Shown one piece after another: positions 8,900 through 17,163 of a stretch of 24,631 bases of DNA. The DNA lies in assembly GCA_031364845.1 (NCBI GenBank), contig JANLWX010000226.1, positions 1 through 24,631 of the forward strand. Direction: 5' to 3'. The DNA is from Candidatus Eiseniibacteriota bacterium. Lineage in GTDB: Bacteria > Eisenbacteria > RBG-16-71-46. Each line of letters begins with the position of its first letter. Position 1 is the stretch's first letter. The notes below the pieces were generated by a model, which saw only the letters and a program-made list of their open reading frames with translations, ran no database searches and was not told the DNA's origin. Made by a program: the position numbers and the translations under genes.

Positions 8900-9018
8900 G
8901 TCGTACTCGCGTCGCCCACGATCTCGAGCACATCGTGCAGATCGCACGGGTGATGGCGCCCCGCTACCGCGAGGACGCGGGCCCGTGGCGGGCGTACCTG
9001 AGCGTGCTCGGACCTTGA
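8896..9018 (+). pseudogene. 40-codon ORF resembling the C-terminus of a DinB/YfiT-family protein (remnant or microprotein)
   Basis: Translates to (M/V)SRTRVAHDLEHIVQIARVMAPRYREDAGPWRAYLSVLGP*. It has HDxxH and the 'QIARVMA..Y....GPW.AYLS.L' tail that I recognise from DinB_2 proteins. The GTG start overlaps the upstream TGA (GTGA). Below the ORF-track length cutoff. Confidence 0.7.
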
Positions 9019-9177
9019 CTTGGGGGCCCAAGGCCGCGCTGCGCGCGTATCCGCTGGCGCGGCGCGGGGCAGCGGGCTAGTCTGATGCCGATCGCGATTT
9101 CGCGGGGCGATGCGCCACGGGCGCATTCCCGGCACGGACCCCTTCAGATCGGCAGGAAATCTCCCGAAACCTGAGCC

Positions 9178-11070
9178 ATGACCGAGCCCAACCGTTCCAC
9201 CTCGCACGTATCCGAACACGAGGCCCGCGCCGTCGCCGAAGCGTCGCGCGAGACCACCTGGACCGCGCCGTCGTTCGTGAGGGAGTTGTTCCTCGGGCGT
9301 CTCAAGCTCGATCTCATCCACCCGCATCTCGAGCCCGATCCCGCCGAGCAGAAGCGCGCACAGACGTTCATCGATCAGATCGACCAGTTCCTCGAGAACG
9401 AAGTCGACTCCGAACTGATCGAACGCGAAGCGCGGATTCCCGAGCACCTGATCCAGCGCCTGCGCGAGATGGGTGCGTTCGGCATCAAGATTCCGCGTGA
9501 ATACGGCGGGCTCGGATTGTCGCAGTACACCTACGGCCGCGTGGTCGCGCGCATCGGCACCAAGTGCGGAGCGCTGGTGGCGCTGCTGTCGGCCCATCAG
9601 TCGATCGGCGTGCCGCAGCCGCTCAAGCTGTTCGGCACCGAGGAGCAGAAGCAGCGGCTGCTGCCGCGGCTCGCAAAGGGCGCGATCTCCGCGTTCGCGC
9701 TGACCGAGAACGACGTCGGCTCCGATCCCGCGCGCATGAGCACGCTCGCGACACCGACGGCCGACGGCACCGCGTACATGCTGAGCGGCGAAAAGCTGTG
9801 GTGCACGAACGGCGCGATCGCCGAGCTGCTCGTGGTGATGGCGCGCACGCCCGGCAAGAACGGCAAGCCCGGCCCGATCAGCGCGTTCATCGTCGAAGCG
9901 AAGGCGCCCGGCGTCGAGATCGTCCAGCGGCTCGAGTTCATGGGCATTCGTGGGATCGAGAACGCGCTGATGCGCTTCACCAACGTGCGCGTGCCGAAGG
10001 AGAATCTGCTGTGGGGCGAGGGCAAGGGCTTGAAGCTCGCGCTCATCACGCTCAACACCGGCCGCCTCACGCTGCCTGCGACGTGTGCGGCCTCCGGCAA
10101 GTGGTGCCTGCAGGTTGCCCGCAAGTTCGCCGCTGAACGCGTGCAATGGGGCAAGGCCGTAGGCCAGCACGAAGCCGTCGCCCAGATGCTGTCGGACATG
10201 GCTTCGAAGACCTATGCGATGGACGCGATCGCCGATCTCGGATCGCTGCTCGCCGATGCCGGCGAGTCGGACATCCGGCTCGAAGCCGCGATCGCCAAAC
10301 TGTGGAACTCCGATGTCGCGTGGGAGATCGCCGATCAGGCTGTGCAGGTGCGCGGCGGACGCGGCTACGAGACCGCGCGCTCGCTCGCCTCGCGCGGCGA
10401 GGCGCCGATTCCGTTGGAACAGATGCTGCGCGACCTGCGCATCAATCGCATCTTCGAAGGCACCAATCAAGTGATGCGCCTGTTCATCGCGCGCGAAGCG
10501 CTCGACGTCCATCTGCGCGTCGCCGGCGACGTCGTGATGCCGGGTGTGCCGCTCGGCAAGCGTCTCGCGGGCGCGGTGCGCTCGGCGTTGTTCTATGCGA
10601 GCTGGTATCCGTCGCGCTGGCTGGGCCTGAGCCTGTGGCCCAAGTACTCGGAGTTCGGCGTGCTCGCCGGACACCTGCGCTGGATCGAGCACACCTCGCG
10701 CCGCCTCGCGCGCGCGCAGTTCCATCTGATGGTGCTGAATGGCCCGGCGCTCGAGAAAAAGCAGGCGCTGCTGTTCCGGTGTGTGGACATCGGTGCCGAA
10801 CTGTTCGCGATGACCGCCACCATCGTGCGCGCGCAGCGCGACGCGAAACAGGGCGGGATGGCGAACGCCACCGATCTCGCGGATCTGTTCTGCCGCAACG
10901 CGCGCCGCAAGGTGGACCATCTGTTCCGCGGGATCCGCTCGCACAGCGATCCGTTCGCCTACGGCGTCGCCCGCGGCGTGCTCGACCGGCGCTACGAGTG
11001 GCTCGAGGACGGTATCGTCGATCCGCCCGAAGCCGCGGCGGAACCGGGCGAAGCGAAAGCGGCGAGCTGA
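9178..11070 (+). CDS. Acyl-CoA dehydrogenase, long ACAD9/VLCAD/FadE10-like form
   Basis: 'FGIKIPREYGGLGLS', 'AFALTENDVGSD', 'LSGEKLWCTNG', 'MGIRG', 'TLNTGR', 'RVQWGKAVG', 'QVRGGRGY', 'RDLRINRIFEGTNQV', plus a C-terminal extension. Confidence 0.95.
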   Translation: MTEPNRSTSHVSEHEARAVAEASRETTWTAPSFVRELFLGRLKLDLIHPHLEPDPAEQKRAQTFIDQIDQFLENEVDSELIEREARIPEHLIQRLREMGAFGIKIPREYGGLGLSQYTYGRVVARIGTKCGALVALLSAHQSIGVPQPLKLFGTEEQKQRLLPRLAKGAISAFALTENDVGSDPARMSTLATPTADGTAYMLSGEKLWCTNGAIAELLVVMARTPGKNGKPGPISAFIVEAKAPGVEIVQRLEFMGIRGIENALMRFTNVRVPKENLLWGEGKGLKLALITLNTGRLTLPATCAASGKWCLQVARKFAAERVQWGKAVGQHEAVAQMLSDMASKTYAMDAIADLGSLLADAGESDIRLEAAIAKLWNSDVAWEIADQAVQVRGGRGYETARSLASRGEAPIPLEQMLRDLRINRIFEGTNQVMRLFIAREALDVHLRVAGDVVMPGVPLGKRLAGAVRSALFYASWYPSRWLGLSLWPKYSEFGVLAGHLRWIEHTSRRLARAQFHLMVLNGPALEKKQALLFRCVDIGAELFAMTATIVRAQRDAKQGGMANATDLADLFCRNARRKVDHLFRGIRSHSDPFAYGVARGVLDRRYEWLEDGIVDPPEAAAEPGEAKAAS

Positions 11071-11099
11071 GCACGGCCGGATCGCATGAGGAGGAGCGC

Positions 11100-11300
11100 A
11101 TGCACGCGTCGGTCTCGCATGAGCGCAGCGCCGAATCTCCCGCCGCCAAGGCGCGCTGGTTCCAGTCGCTGACGCTCGCCGAGCGCATGGAGTATCTTTG
11201 CGCGATCACGGAAATGGCGCTGAGCCGCAACCCCGACCTCGCGGACCGCAGGGATGCTCCAACGACTCAAGGACGTTTTCAGATCCTTCGCCGACCGTGA
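11100..11300 (+). CDS. Small 66-aa hypothetical protein, putative antitoxin or partner of the downstream nucleotidyltransferase
   Basis: Strong RBS GAGGAGGAG at 11088-11096 before the ATG at 11100. Sequence: MHASVSHERSAESPAAKARWFQSLTLAERMEYLCAITEMALSRNPDLADRRDAPTTQGRFQILRRP. It fills the gap after the dehydrogenase and appears in the track only as the tail of shadow ORF 10146..11300. Confidence 0.75.
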   Translation: MHASVSHERSAESPAAKARWFQSLTLAERMEYLCAITEMALSRNPDLADRRDAPTTQGRFQILRRP

Positions 11301-11700
11301 CGTTCGTTACGTCGTGATCGGGGGAATTGCGGCTGTGATGCACGGCGTGCCGCGCGCGACGTTCGACGTCGATCTGCTGATCGATCCCACGCTCGAGAAT
11401 GCCGAACGCCTTCTGGCCGCACTCGAGCAAGCACAAGTCGGAACCGCGTCGCTGATCACTCCGCAACAGATGCTGGCGAACGAAATCACCGTGTTCAGTG
11501 ATCGCGTGCGCATCGATGTTCAGACCTCGACGCCGGGGCTCACGTTCGATCAAGCCTGGCGGAATCGGGTGACGATGAGTTTCGAGGATCAATCATTCTT
11601 TGTCGCGTCGAAGCAGGATTTGATCGCTTCGAAGCGCGCTGCGGGAAGAGCGATCGACCTGGAAGACATCGACATGCTCGAAGCGGGTCCATCGGAGTGA
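11254..11700 (+). CDS. Small nucleotidyltransferase of the Pol-beta superfamily (DUF6036/AbiEii/MenT-like)
   Basis: 'YVVIGGIAAVMHGVPRATFDVDLLI' fits hGG.A...R.T.D.D. A third acidic residue lies in 'RIDV', and the C-terminus reads 'LIASKRAAGRAIDLEDI'. Confidence 0.85.
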   Translation: MLQRLKDVFRSFADRDVRYVVIGGIAAVMHGVPRATFDVDLLIDPTLENAERLLAALEQAQVGTASLITPQQMLANEITVFSDRVRIDVQTSTPGLTFDQAWRNRVTMSFEDQSFFVASKQDLIASKRAAGRAIDLEDIDMLEAGPSE

Positions 11701-11734
11701 CGTCTTGCGCAGGGGTCTTTCGCGGGGCACGACG

Positions 11735-12352
11735 ATGATGCAAGTGGCAACGAGATCGGGGGTCTGCCTGCGCCTCGTGCTCGGAGGTCTCCTCGCCATC
11801 GTGCTGCTCGGCTCCATCCACACGCCGGCCGCTTCCACGGTCACGAATGCGAAGCCCCCGGCGTTCGTGGTCCCCGCGACGATTGCGCGCGGGGTTGTGA
11901 TTCGGCCCGACGATGGCGATTCGCGCGTCGAGGTCCAGCCCGGCGGGCCGTTCGCGGCGATGGTGTTTCGTAACGGAGCGCCCGGTGATCAAGTGGCCGT
12001 CGTCCATCTCGGGCCGCTCCGCACCCCGAAGGATGGGGCGTGGTCGCTGGACGACCGCTGGTGGCAGGAGCCGCTGTGGTCGGCCGACGCGAACGCGTTC
12101 GTGTGGAGCCCTGACGGAACCGCCCTCTATATATCCACCGGGGGGCGCGGCAGCGGTGGAGTGTTCCGGCTCGATCTCAGGAACCGTCGCGCCGTTCGGG
12201 TATGGCCGAACGACGAGGCCTCGACGCCCGAACAGGGCGCAGGGCGCTCGTGCGAAATCCTGAAAGCCGACGCCGCGCGCCGCCTGCTGCGTGTGCGCTA
12301 CCAGCCCGCCGCCACCCAGCGGCCGATTGCCGTCGACGTCTGGATGGACTGA
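11735..12352 (+). CDS. Secreted hypothetical protein with a partial TolB/WD40-like beta-propeller motif
   Basis: N-terminal hydrophobic signal 'LRLVLGGLLAIVLLGSIHTPAA' and 'AFVWSPDGTALYISTGG...GVFRLDL'. Start is ATG 11735 or 11738. Confidence 0.6.
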   Translation: MMQVATRSGVCLRLVLGGLLAIVLLGSIHTPAASTVTNAKPPAFVVPATIARGVVIRPDDGDSRVEVQPGGPFAAMVFRNGAPGDQVAVVHLGPLRTPKDGAWSLDDRWWQEPLWSADANAFVWSPDGTALYISTGGRGSGGVFRLDLRNRRAVRVWPNDEASTPEQGAGRSCEILKADAARRLLRVRYQPAATQRPIAVDVWMD

Positions 12353-12372
12353 CCGGCTCTCCGGCATCCCCA

Positions 12373-12401
12373 TTGCCCCGGCACGAAGCCTAGGGCACAA
12401 T
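12373..12401 (+). promoter_or_regulatory. Candidate sigma70 promoter of the ftsK operon
   Basis: TTGCCC (12373-12378)-N17-CACAAT (12396-12401). The -35 hexamer is the same as at 7915. Confidence 0.5.
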
Positions 12402-12562
12402 ACGCCGCTGTCGCCCGCCAGGGAGGTGGGCGGGGCGCCTGCCGGATCTCCGATCCGGTCAGCGGCCGACCGCAGGCCGGCGCGGAGACGCTGAATCTCC
12501 GAAGACCGCCTGCCGACACCTCGCGGCTCCCCAAAAACCAGGAAGGGTTTCCAGCCAACCGA

Positions 12563-14929
12563 GTGGCTTCCTCCATATCCCAGAACAATCAGCGCGGGAT
12601 CCTCGCGCTGCTGCTGGCGGCGTTTGCGATCCTCACGGTCGCGAGCCTCGCGACCTACGTCCGGCCGGTGTTCGGCATGCCGCCGTGGACGACCGACAAC
12701 GCCTGCGGGCCCGCGGGCGCGGCACTGTCGTATGCGCTGGTATGGGCGTTCGGCGGGCTGGCGGCCTACGGGGTTCCGATCGTATCGCTCGGCGCCGCAT
12801 GGAATCGCTTGCGGGGTCATGCGAGCGGGCCGCTCATCGTGCGCACCGGCATCGGGACGCTGCTCGCCTTCGAGCTGTGCACGATGTTCGGACTCGCGGG
12901 CCTCGACCGCTGGCGGTGGAGCGGGGGATGGGGTGTCGCCTCGGCGATGACGATTCACGCCGCACTCGGCAATGTCGGATCGTGGGTGGTGCTCGGCGCG
13001 CTCACCGGTGTGACCGTGATCGTCGCGAGCGAGCTGGGATTCCACTGGCTCGGCAGGTTCGCGCACGCGGTGTTCGTGGTGCCCGCTCAGCGGTTGCGCG
13101 AGGCATGGAACGCGTGGCTCGAACGGCGCTCGGAGGAGAAACCGGCCAAGGACAAAGCGCCGCGCGTGCGCAACAAGGCGGAGAAGACCCCGGTCCCCGA
13201 AGCCGCGCGAGCCGTGCAGCGCACGCCGGTCGCGGCACGGGCGGGTGCCCGGAACGCCGCCGCCTCGGCGACCGCCGAGACCGCCGCCCCGAGTCCGCAG
13301 ATCCGCCTGCCGCTGCCCGGGCTCCAGAAGTCGGACGCCCGCCCGCGCGAGAAGGCGCACGTCATGACTCCGATGATGGAAGGCCCGCCTTCGGCCGGCA
13401 TCGCCGCCGCGATCCTGGCGGCCGAAACCGAGGACCGCCCGCCGCTGTCGCTGCTCGGCATGGCGGCACCCGCTGAGGACCTGATCACGGCGGCCGATCT
13501 CACCGCAGAAGCGAATCTGCTGGTCACCAAGCTCGCGGACTTTGGGATCGAGGGCCGCGTCACCGAGATCCACCCCGGGCCGGTCGTCACCACGTTCGAA
13601 GTCGAACCCGCCGCCGGCGTGAAGGTGAATCAGATCGTCTCGCGCGAGGATGACCTCGCACTCGCGCTGCGCGCCCAGCGCATCCGGATCCTCGCGCCGA
13701 TCCCGGGAAAGGGCGCGGTCGGCGTCGAGATTCCGAACCGCAAGCGCCGTACGGTGTATCTCCGTGAAGTGCTATCCGCCCCGGCGTACGAAAAGAGCGA
13801 TGCCGCGCTCAAGATTCCGATGGGCGTCGACGTCGTCGGGCAGCCGTTCGTCTCCGACCTGACCAAGATGCCGCACGTGCTGATCGCGGGTGCGACCGGC
13901 TCGGGCAAGAGCGTGTGCCTCAACGCGATCATCACCGGGCTTCTGTTCCAGCACGGTCCCGACTCGCTGCGCATGGTGATGGTCGATCCCAAGATGCTCG
14001 AGCTGTCGGCGTACAACGGCATCCCGCATCTGGTGATGCCGGTCGTGACCGAGCCCAAGAAGGCGAGCCGCGCGCTGCGCTGGGCGGTGTCCGAGATGGA
14101 GAAGCGCTACAAGCTGATGGCGACCTGCGGAGCGCGCAACATCGCGGCGTACAACGACAAGGTGGTCGCGGGGCTTGTTCCGCACGGTCCGCCGCACGCC
14201 GATGGCACCGAATCGGCAGCGCCCGACCGGCTGTCGTATGTGGTGATCGTGATCGACGAGCTCGCGGACCTCATGCTCACGGCCCCGGCCGAGATCGAAG
14301 AGCCGATTGCGCGTCTGGCGCAGATGGCGCGCGCGGTCGGCATCCATCTGGTGCTCGCGACCCAGCGGCCGTCGGTCGACGTCATCACCGGAGTCATCAA
14401 GGCGAACTTCCCATCGCGCGTCGCGTTCCAGGTCGCGAGCAAGACCGACTCGCGCACGGTGCTCGATGCGAACGGCGCCGAGAACCTGCTCGGCCACGGC
14501 GACATGCTGTTCATGCCGGCGGGCCGGCCCGAGCCGTACCGCATCCATGGCTGCTATGTGTCCGAAGAAGAGACGTCCCGCGTGGTCGAGTTCTGGCGCG
14601 CCAAGGTCAAGCCGGTGCTGCTCGCGCCGGGACAGGTGCCGACGCCGCCGCCGCTCGCGACGCGCGTCGACATGTCCGAGGCGGACGACGAGGACGGGCT
14701 CGAAGAATCCGATGACGACGCGCTGCTGCAGGACGCGGCACGCCTGGTCGTGACGCATCAGCAGGGTTCGACCTCCTTGTTGCAGCGCCGGCTCAAGGTC
14801 GGCTACTCGCGCGCGGGACGCCTCATGGATCAGCTCGAGAACATGGGCGTGGTCGGACCCTTCCAGGGCAGCAAGGCGCGCGACGTGCTGGTCGATGAAC
14901 GCTGGATCGAGGACCGGTTCACCGTATGA
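12563..14929 (+). CDS. ftsK: DNA translocase FtsK
   Basis: N-terminal 4TM region ('NACGPAGAALSYAL'), Ala/Pro-rich linker, alpha domain 'GPVVTTFEVEPAAGVKV', Walker A GATGSGKS, Walker B 'VIVIDELADLM', 'LATQRPSVDVITG', gamma domain 'STSLLQRRLKVGYSRAGRLMDQLE'. Confidence 0.97.
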   Translation: MASSISQNNQRGILALLLAAFAILTVASLATYVRPVFGMPPWTTDNACGPAGAALSYALVWAFGGLAAYGVPIVSLGAAWNRLRGHASGPLIVRTGIGTLLAFELCTMFGLAGLDRWRWSGGWGVASAMTIHAALGNVGSWVVLGALTGVTVIVASELGFHWLGRFAHAVFVVPAQRLREAWNAWLERRSEEKPAKDKAPRVRNKAEKTPVPEAARAVQRTPVAARAGARNAAASATAETAAPSPQIRLPLPGLQKSDARPREKAHVMTPMMEGPPSAGIAAAILAAETEDRPPLSLLGMAAPAEDLITAADLTAEANLLVTKLADFGIEGRVTEIHPGPVVTTFEVEPAAGVKVNQIVSREDDLALALRAQRIRILAPIPGKGAVGVEIPNRKRRTVYLREVLSAPAYEKSDAALKIPMGVDVVGQPFVSDLTKMPHVLIAGATGSGKSVCLNAIITGLLFQHGPDSLRMVMVDPKMLELSAYNGIPHLVMPVVTEPKKASRALRWAVSEMEKRYKLMATCGARNIAAYNDKVVAGLVPHGPPHADGTESAAPDRLSYVVIVIDELADLMLTAPAEIEEPIARLAQMARAVGIHLVLATQRPSVDVITGVIKANFPSRVAFQVASKTDSRTVLDANGAENLLGHGDMLFMPAGRPEPYRIHGCYVSEEETSRVVEFWRAKVKPVLLAPGQVPTPPPLATRVDMSEADDEDGLEESDDDALLQDAARLVVTHQQGSTSLLQRRLKVGYSRAGRLMDQLENMGVVGPFQGSKARDVLVDERWIEDRFTV

Positions 14930-16383
14930 GTCCACGCTTGAAGACCCACGCGCGCCCCTCCGGTCGTCCGGTGGTGCGACCACGCGGCTCTCGGCCGGCA
15001 AAGCCCGCCGGCCCGCCGACACTCGCGTTCGTCACGCTCGGCTGTCCGAAGAACACCGTGGACTCGGAACACATGCTCGGCATGCTGGTGCGCGACGGAT
15101 TCCGCACCGTCGCCGATCCCGCCGACGCCGACATCGCCGTGGTCAACACCTGCGCGTTCCTCCAGAGCGCCGTGCGCGAGTCGAAGGACGCGATCGCGCG
15201 CGTCGCCGAGTTGAAGCACTCGGGCAAGCTGCGCGGCCTGATCGTGACGGGCTGCCTCGCGCAGCGTCAGGGCGATTCGTTGTTCAGCGAATTCCCGGAC
15301 GTGGATGCCGTACTCGGCACCGGCCAGTGGAAGGAAGTGGTCAACGCCGCGCACCATGTCCTCGGCGGCGGCACCGCGGCGCGCACCGCGCTCACCCAGT
15401 TCCCCGGCGGCGCGCTCGATGCGCTGTCGCCGCGCGCGCTCTCGACGCCGCGCCACATCGCGTATCTCAAGATCTCCGAAGGCTGCGACCATCGCTGCAC
15501 GTTCTGCATCATCCCGCGCCTGCGCGGCGATCAGCAGAGCAAGCCGCTCGACATGCTGGTGGCCGAGGCGAAGAACCTCGCGAAGCTCGGCGTGCGTGAG
15601 CTGAACCTGATCGGCCAGGACACGACCGGATACGGTACCGACCTGCCGGGCACGCCGACACTCGCCGATCTGCTGGAGCAGCTCGACACGATCGAGGGCA
15701 TCGACTGGATCCGCGTGCAGTACACCTATCCGCGGCTGTGGAGCGACCGGCTGATCCAGGTATGGGGCCGCGGCAAGCGCATCACGCCGTATGTCGACAT
15801 GCCGCTGCAGCACATCGCGCAGGACCAGTTGCGCACGATGGCGCGCGCGATGACCGAGACCGACACGCGCGCGCTGGTGAAACGGATCCGCGCGGGCATT
15901 CCCGGGGTTTCGTTCCGCACCAATTTCATCGTGGGGTTTCCGGGCGAGACCGAAGCGAATTTCGAGACGCTGTGCCGGTTCGTCGAGGAGGAGGGCTTCG
16001 ATCACGTCGTGGTCTTCACCTACGAGCGCGAACCCGAAACCCCTTCGCACGCGATGACGCCGCGCGTCGCGATCAACACGCGCCGCAGCCGGCGCGCGCG
16101 TCTGCTGGAACTGCAGCAGCGTCTCTCGCGGGACCGGCTCGCGCGCCGGATCGGCGAGCGCATTCCCGTGATGATCGATGGGCCGGCGGGGCGCGGGCAG
16201 TGGGCCGCCCGCACGGCAGGACAGGCGTTCGAAGTCGATGGAGGTGTCGTGGTGGAAGGTGAGGATCTGACACCCGGAGAGATCGTGACGGTGCGCGTGA
16301 CCGGAGCTTCGGCCTATGACCTGTTCGCGCGGCACGAGACGGGAAGCGGCGAAGCACTCCTGACCATTCGAGGTGGCGTGTGA
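14926..16383 (+). CDS. rimO: Ribosomal protein S12 methylthiotransferase
   Basis: UPF0004 domain 'TLGCPKNTVDSE..LG', 'VNTCAF', 'GCLAQR'; radical SAM motif 'YLKISEGCDHRCTFCIIP'; 'FIVGFPGETE'; C-terminal TRAM domain. ATGA overlap with ftsK. Confidence 0.93.
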   Translation: MSPRLKTHARPSGRPVVRPRGSRPAKPAGPPTLAFVTLGCPKNTVDSEHMLGMLVRDGFRTVADPADADIAVVNTCAFLQSAVRESKDAIARVAELKHSGKLRGLIVTGCLAQRQGDSLFSEFPDVDAVLGTGQWKEVVNAAHHVLGGGTAARTALTQFPGGALDALSPRALSTPRHIAYLKISEGCDHRCTFCIIPRLRGDQQSKPLDMLVAEAKNLAKLGVRELNLIGQDTTGYGTDLPGTPTLADLLEQLDTIEGIDWIRVQYTYPRLWSDRLIQVWGRGKRITPYVDMPLQHIAQDQLRTMARAMTETDTRALVKRIRAGIPGVSFRTNFIVGFPGETEANFETLCRFVEEEGFDHVVVFTYEREPETPSHAMTPRVAINTRRSRRARLLELQQRLSRDRLARRIGERIPVMIDGPAGRGQWAARTAGQAFEVDGGVVVEGEDLTPGEIVTVRVTGASAYDLFARHETGSGEALLTIRGGV

Positions 16384-17159
16384 GCGTCTCCACGCGCGTC
16401 GTGTTGCGAACGTTGGTGGGTGCATTCGTTCTCGTCGGAGTGCTCGTCGTGTCCGCCACACCGGCCTCGGCGAAGAAGTTCCGATACTCCGCGGGTCCCA
16501 AGGCGCCCGAGGACACCGTGTTGTCGGTGGCGCAGCTCCAGATCGAACCGGTCGTGAGCGCGCGCGGTCCGCGGGTTCCGGCGACCAATCTCCAGATGAC
16601 GAGCCTCGTCGCGAACACGGCGTTCGAGCGCGCGATGGCCGGCATTCCGCTCACGCAGGGCAAGGAAGTCATCCTGGCGCCGGGCGAGAGCCATCCGCTC
16701 AATTTCGTGGTCGAACATGCGGTGCTGCGACAGCTCTCGAAGCTGGGCGTGGTGGCACTCGTGCGCCGCAGCGTGGTGCCGGACGACAGCATCGGAATCG
16801 ACACCGGCACCGTCGGTACCCATCCGGTGCTCGACTACCAGCTCGCCTCCGCGCGCGTCACGTATCTCAGACTGCGCGGCTGGTTGCCGGGCCGCATCAA
16901 GATCGAACGTCAGGCGCTGGTGGAAGGACGGCTCACGCTGCGTGACCCCGCCACTTCGCGCGTATTGTGGACCGGCGATGCCACATGGAACTTCGTGGAT
17001 GCATTTCCCCGCCAGCAACTCCCGCTGGTCGAAGACGCGCGTTTCACCGACCTCAACGGCACGGTGCCCGAGCGCAACTTGACCCGTGTATTCGAGCCCG
17101 TGATCGTGGTCGGCGTGGTCGCCGGGCTGGTCGCGCTGTTCTTCCAGAACCGTCCGTGA
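16380..17159 (+). CDS. Hypothetical exported protein with a C-terminal membrane anchor
   Basis: Signal peptide ending 'ATPASA' and a C-terminal hydrophobic helix 'FEPVIVVGVVAGLVALFFQNRP'. GTGA overlap with rimO; 4 nt gap to bamD. Confidence 0.8.
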   Translation: MSVSTRVVLRTLVGAFVLVGVLVVSATPASAKKFRYSAGPKAPEDTVLSVAQLQIEPVVSARGPRVPATNLQMTSLVANTAFERAMAGIPLTQGKEVILAPGESHPLNFVVEHAVLRQLSKLGVVALVRRSVVPDDSIGIDTGTVGTHPVLDYQLASARVTYLRLRGWLPGRIKIERQALVEGRLTLRDPATSRVLWTGDATWNFVDAFPRQQLPLVEDARFTDLNGTVPERNLTRVFEPVIVVGVVAGLVALFFQNRP

Positions 17160-17163
17160 CGAG

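Noticed and set aside
9019..9070. Short palindromes cttggg/cccaag and gccgcgc/gcgcggc as a terminator
   Set aside because: They are short, GC-driven and lack a U-tract, so they are indistinguishable from background.
10146..11099. 384-aa ORF, or a frameshift fusion of the dehydrogenase to the small ORF
   Set aside because: The dehydrogenase ends normally at 11070. Only the last 66 codons have their own RBS and look protein-like.
11071..12360. The NTase pair plus hypothetical gene as a mobile element
   Set aside because: I found no transposase, integrase, terminal repeats or target-site duplication. It looks accessory, but mobility is unsupported.
12480..12545. Glycine riboswitch-like GGAGA...CCGAAG segment
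   Set aside because: It lacks the downstream CUCUCAGG core, and the gene context does not fit.
8740..16461. Very long antisense or alternate-frame ORFs (e.g. 8740..10944, 11540..13573, 14830..16461; also 2644..4308)
   Set aside because: These are Arg/Ala/Gly-rich shadows of real genes, expected in high-GC DNA, and they show no recognisable motifs.
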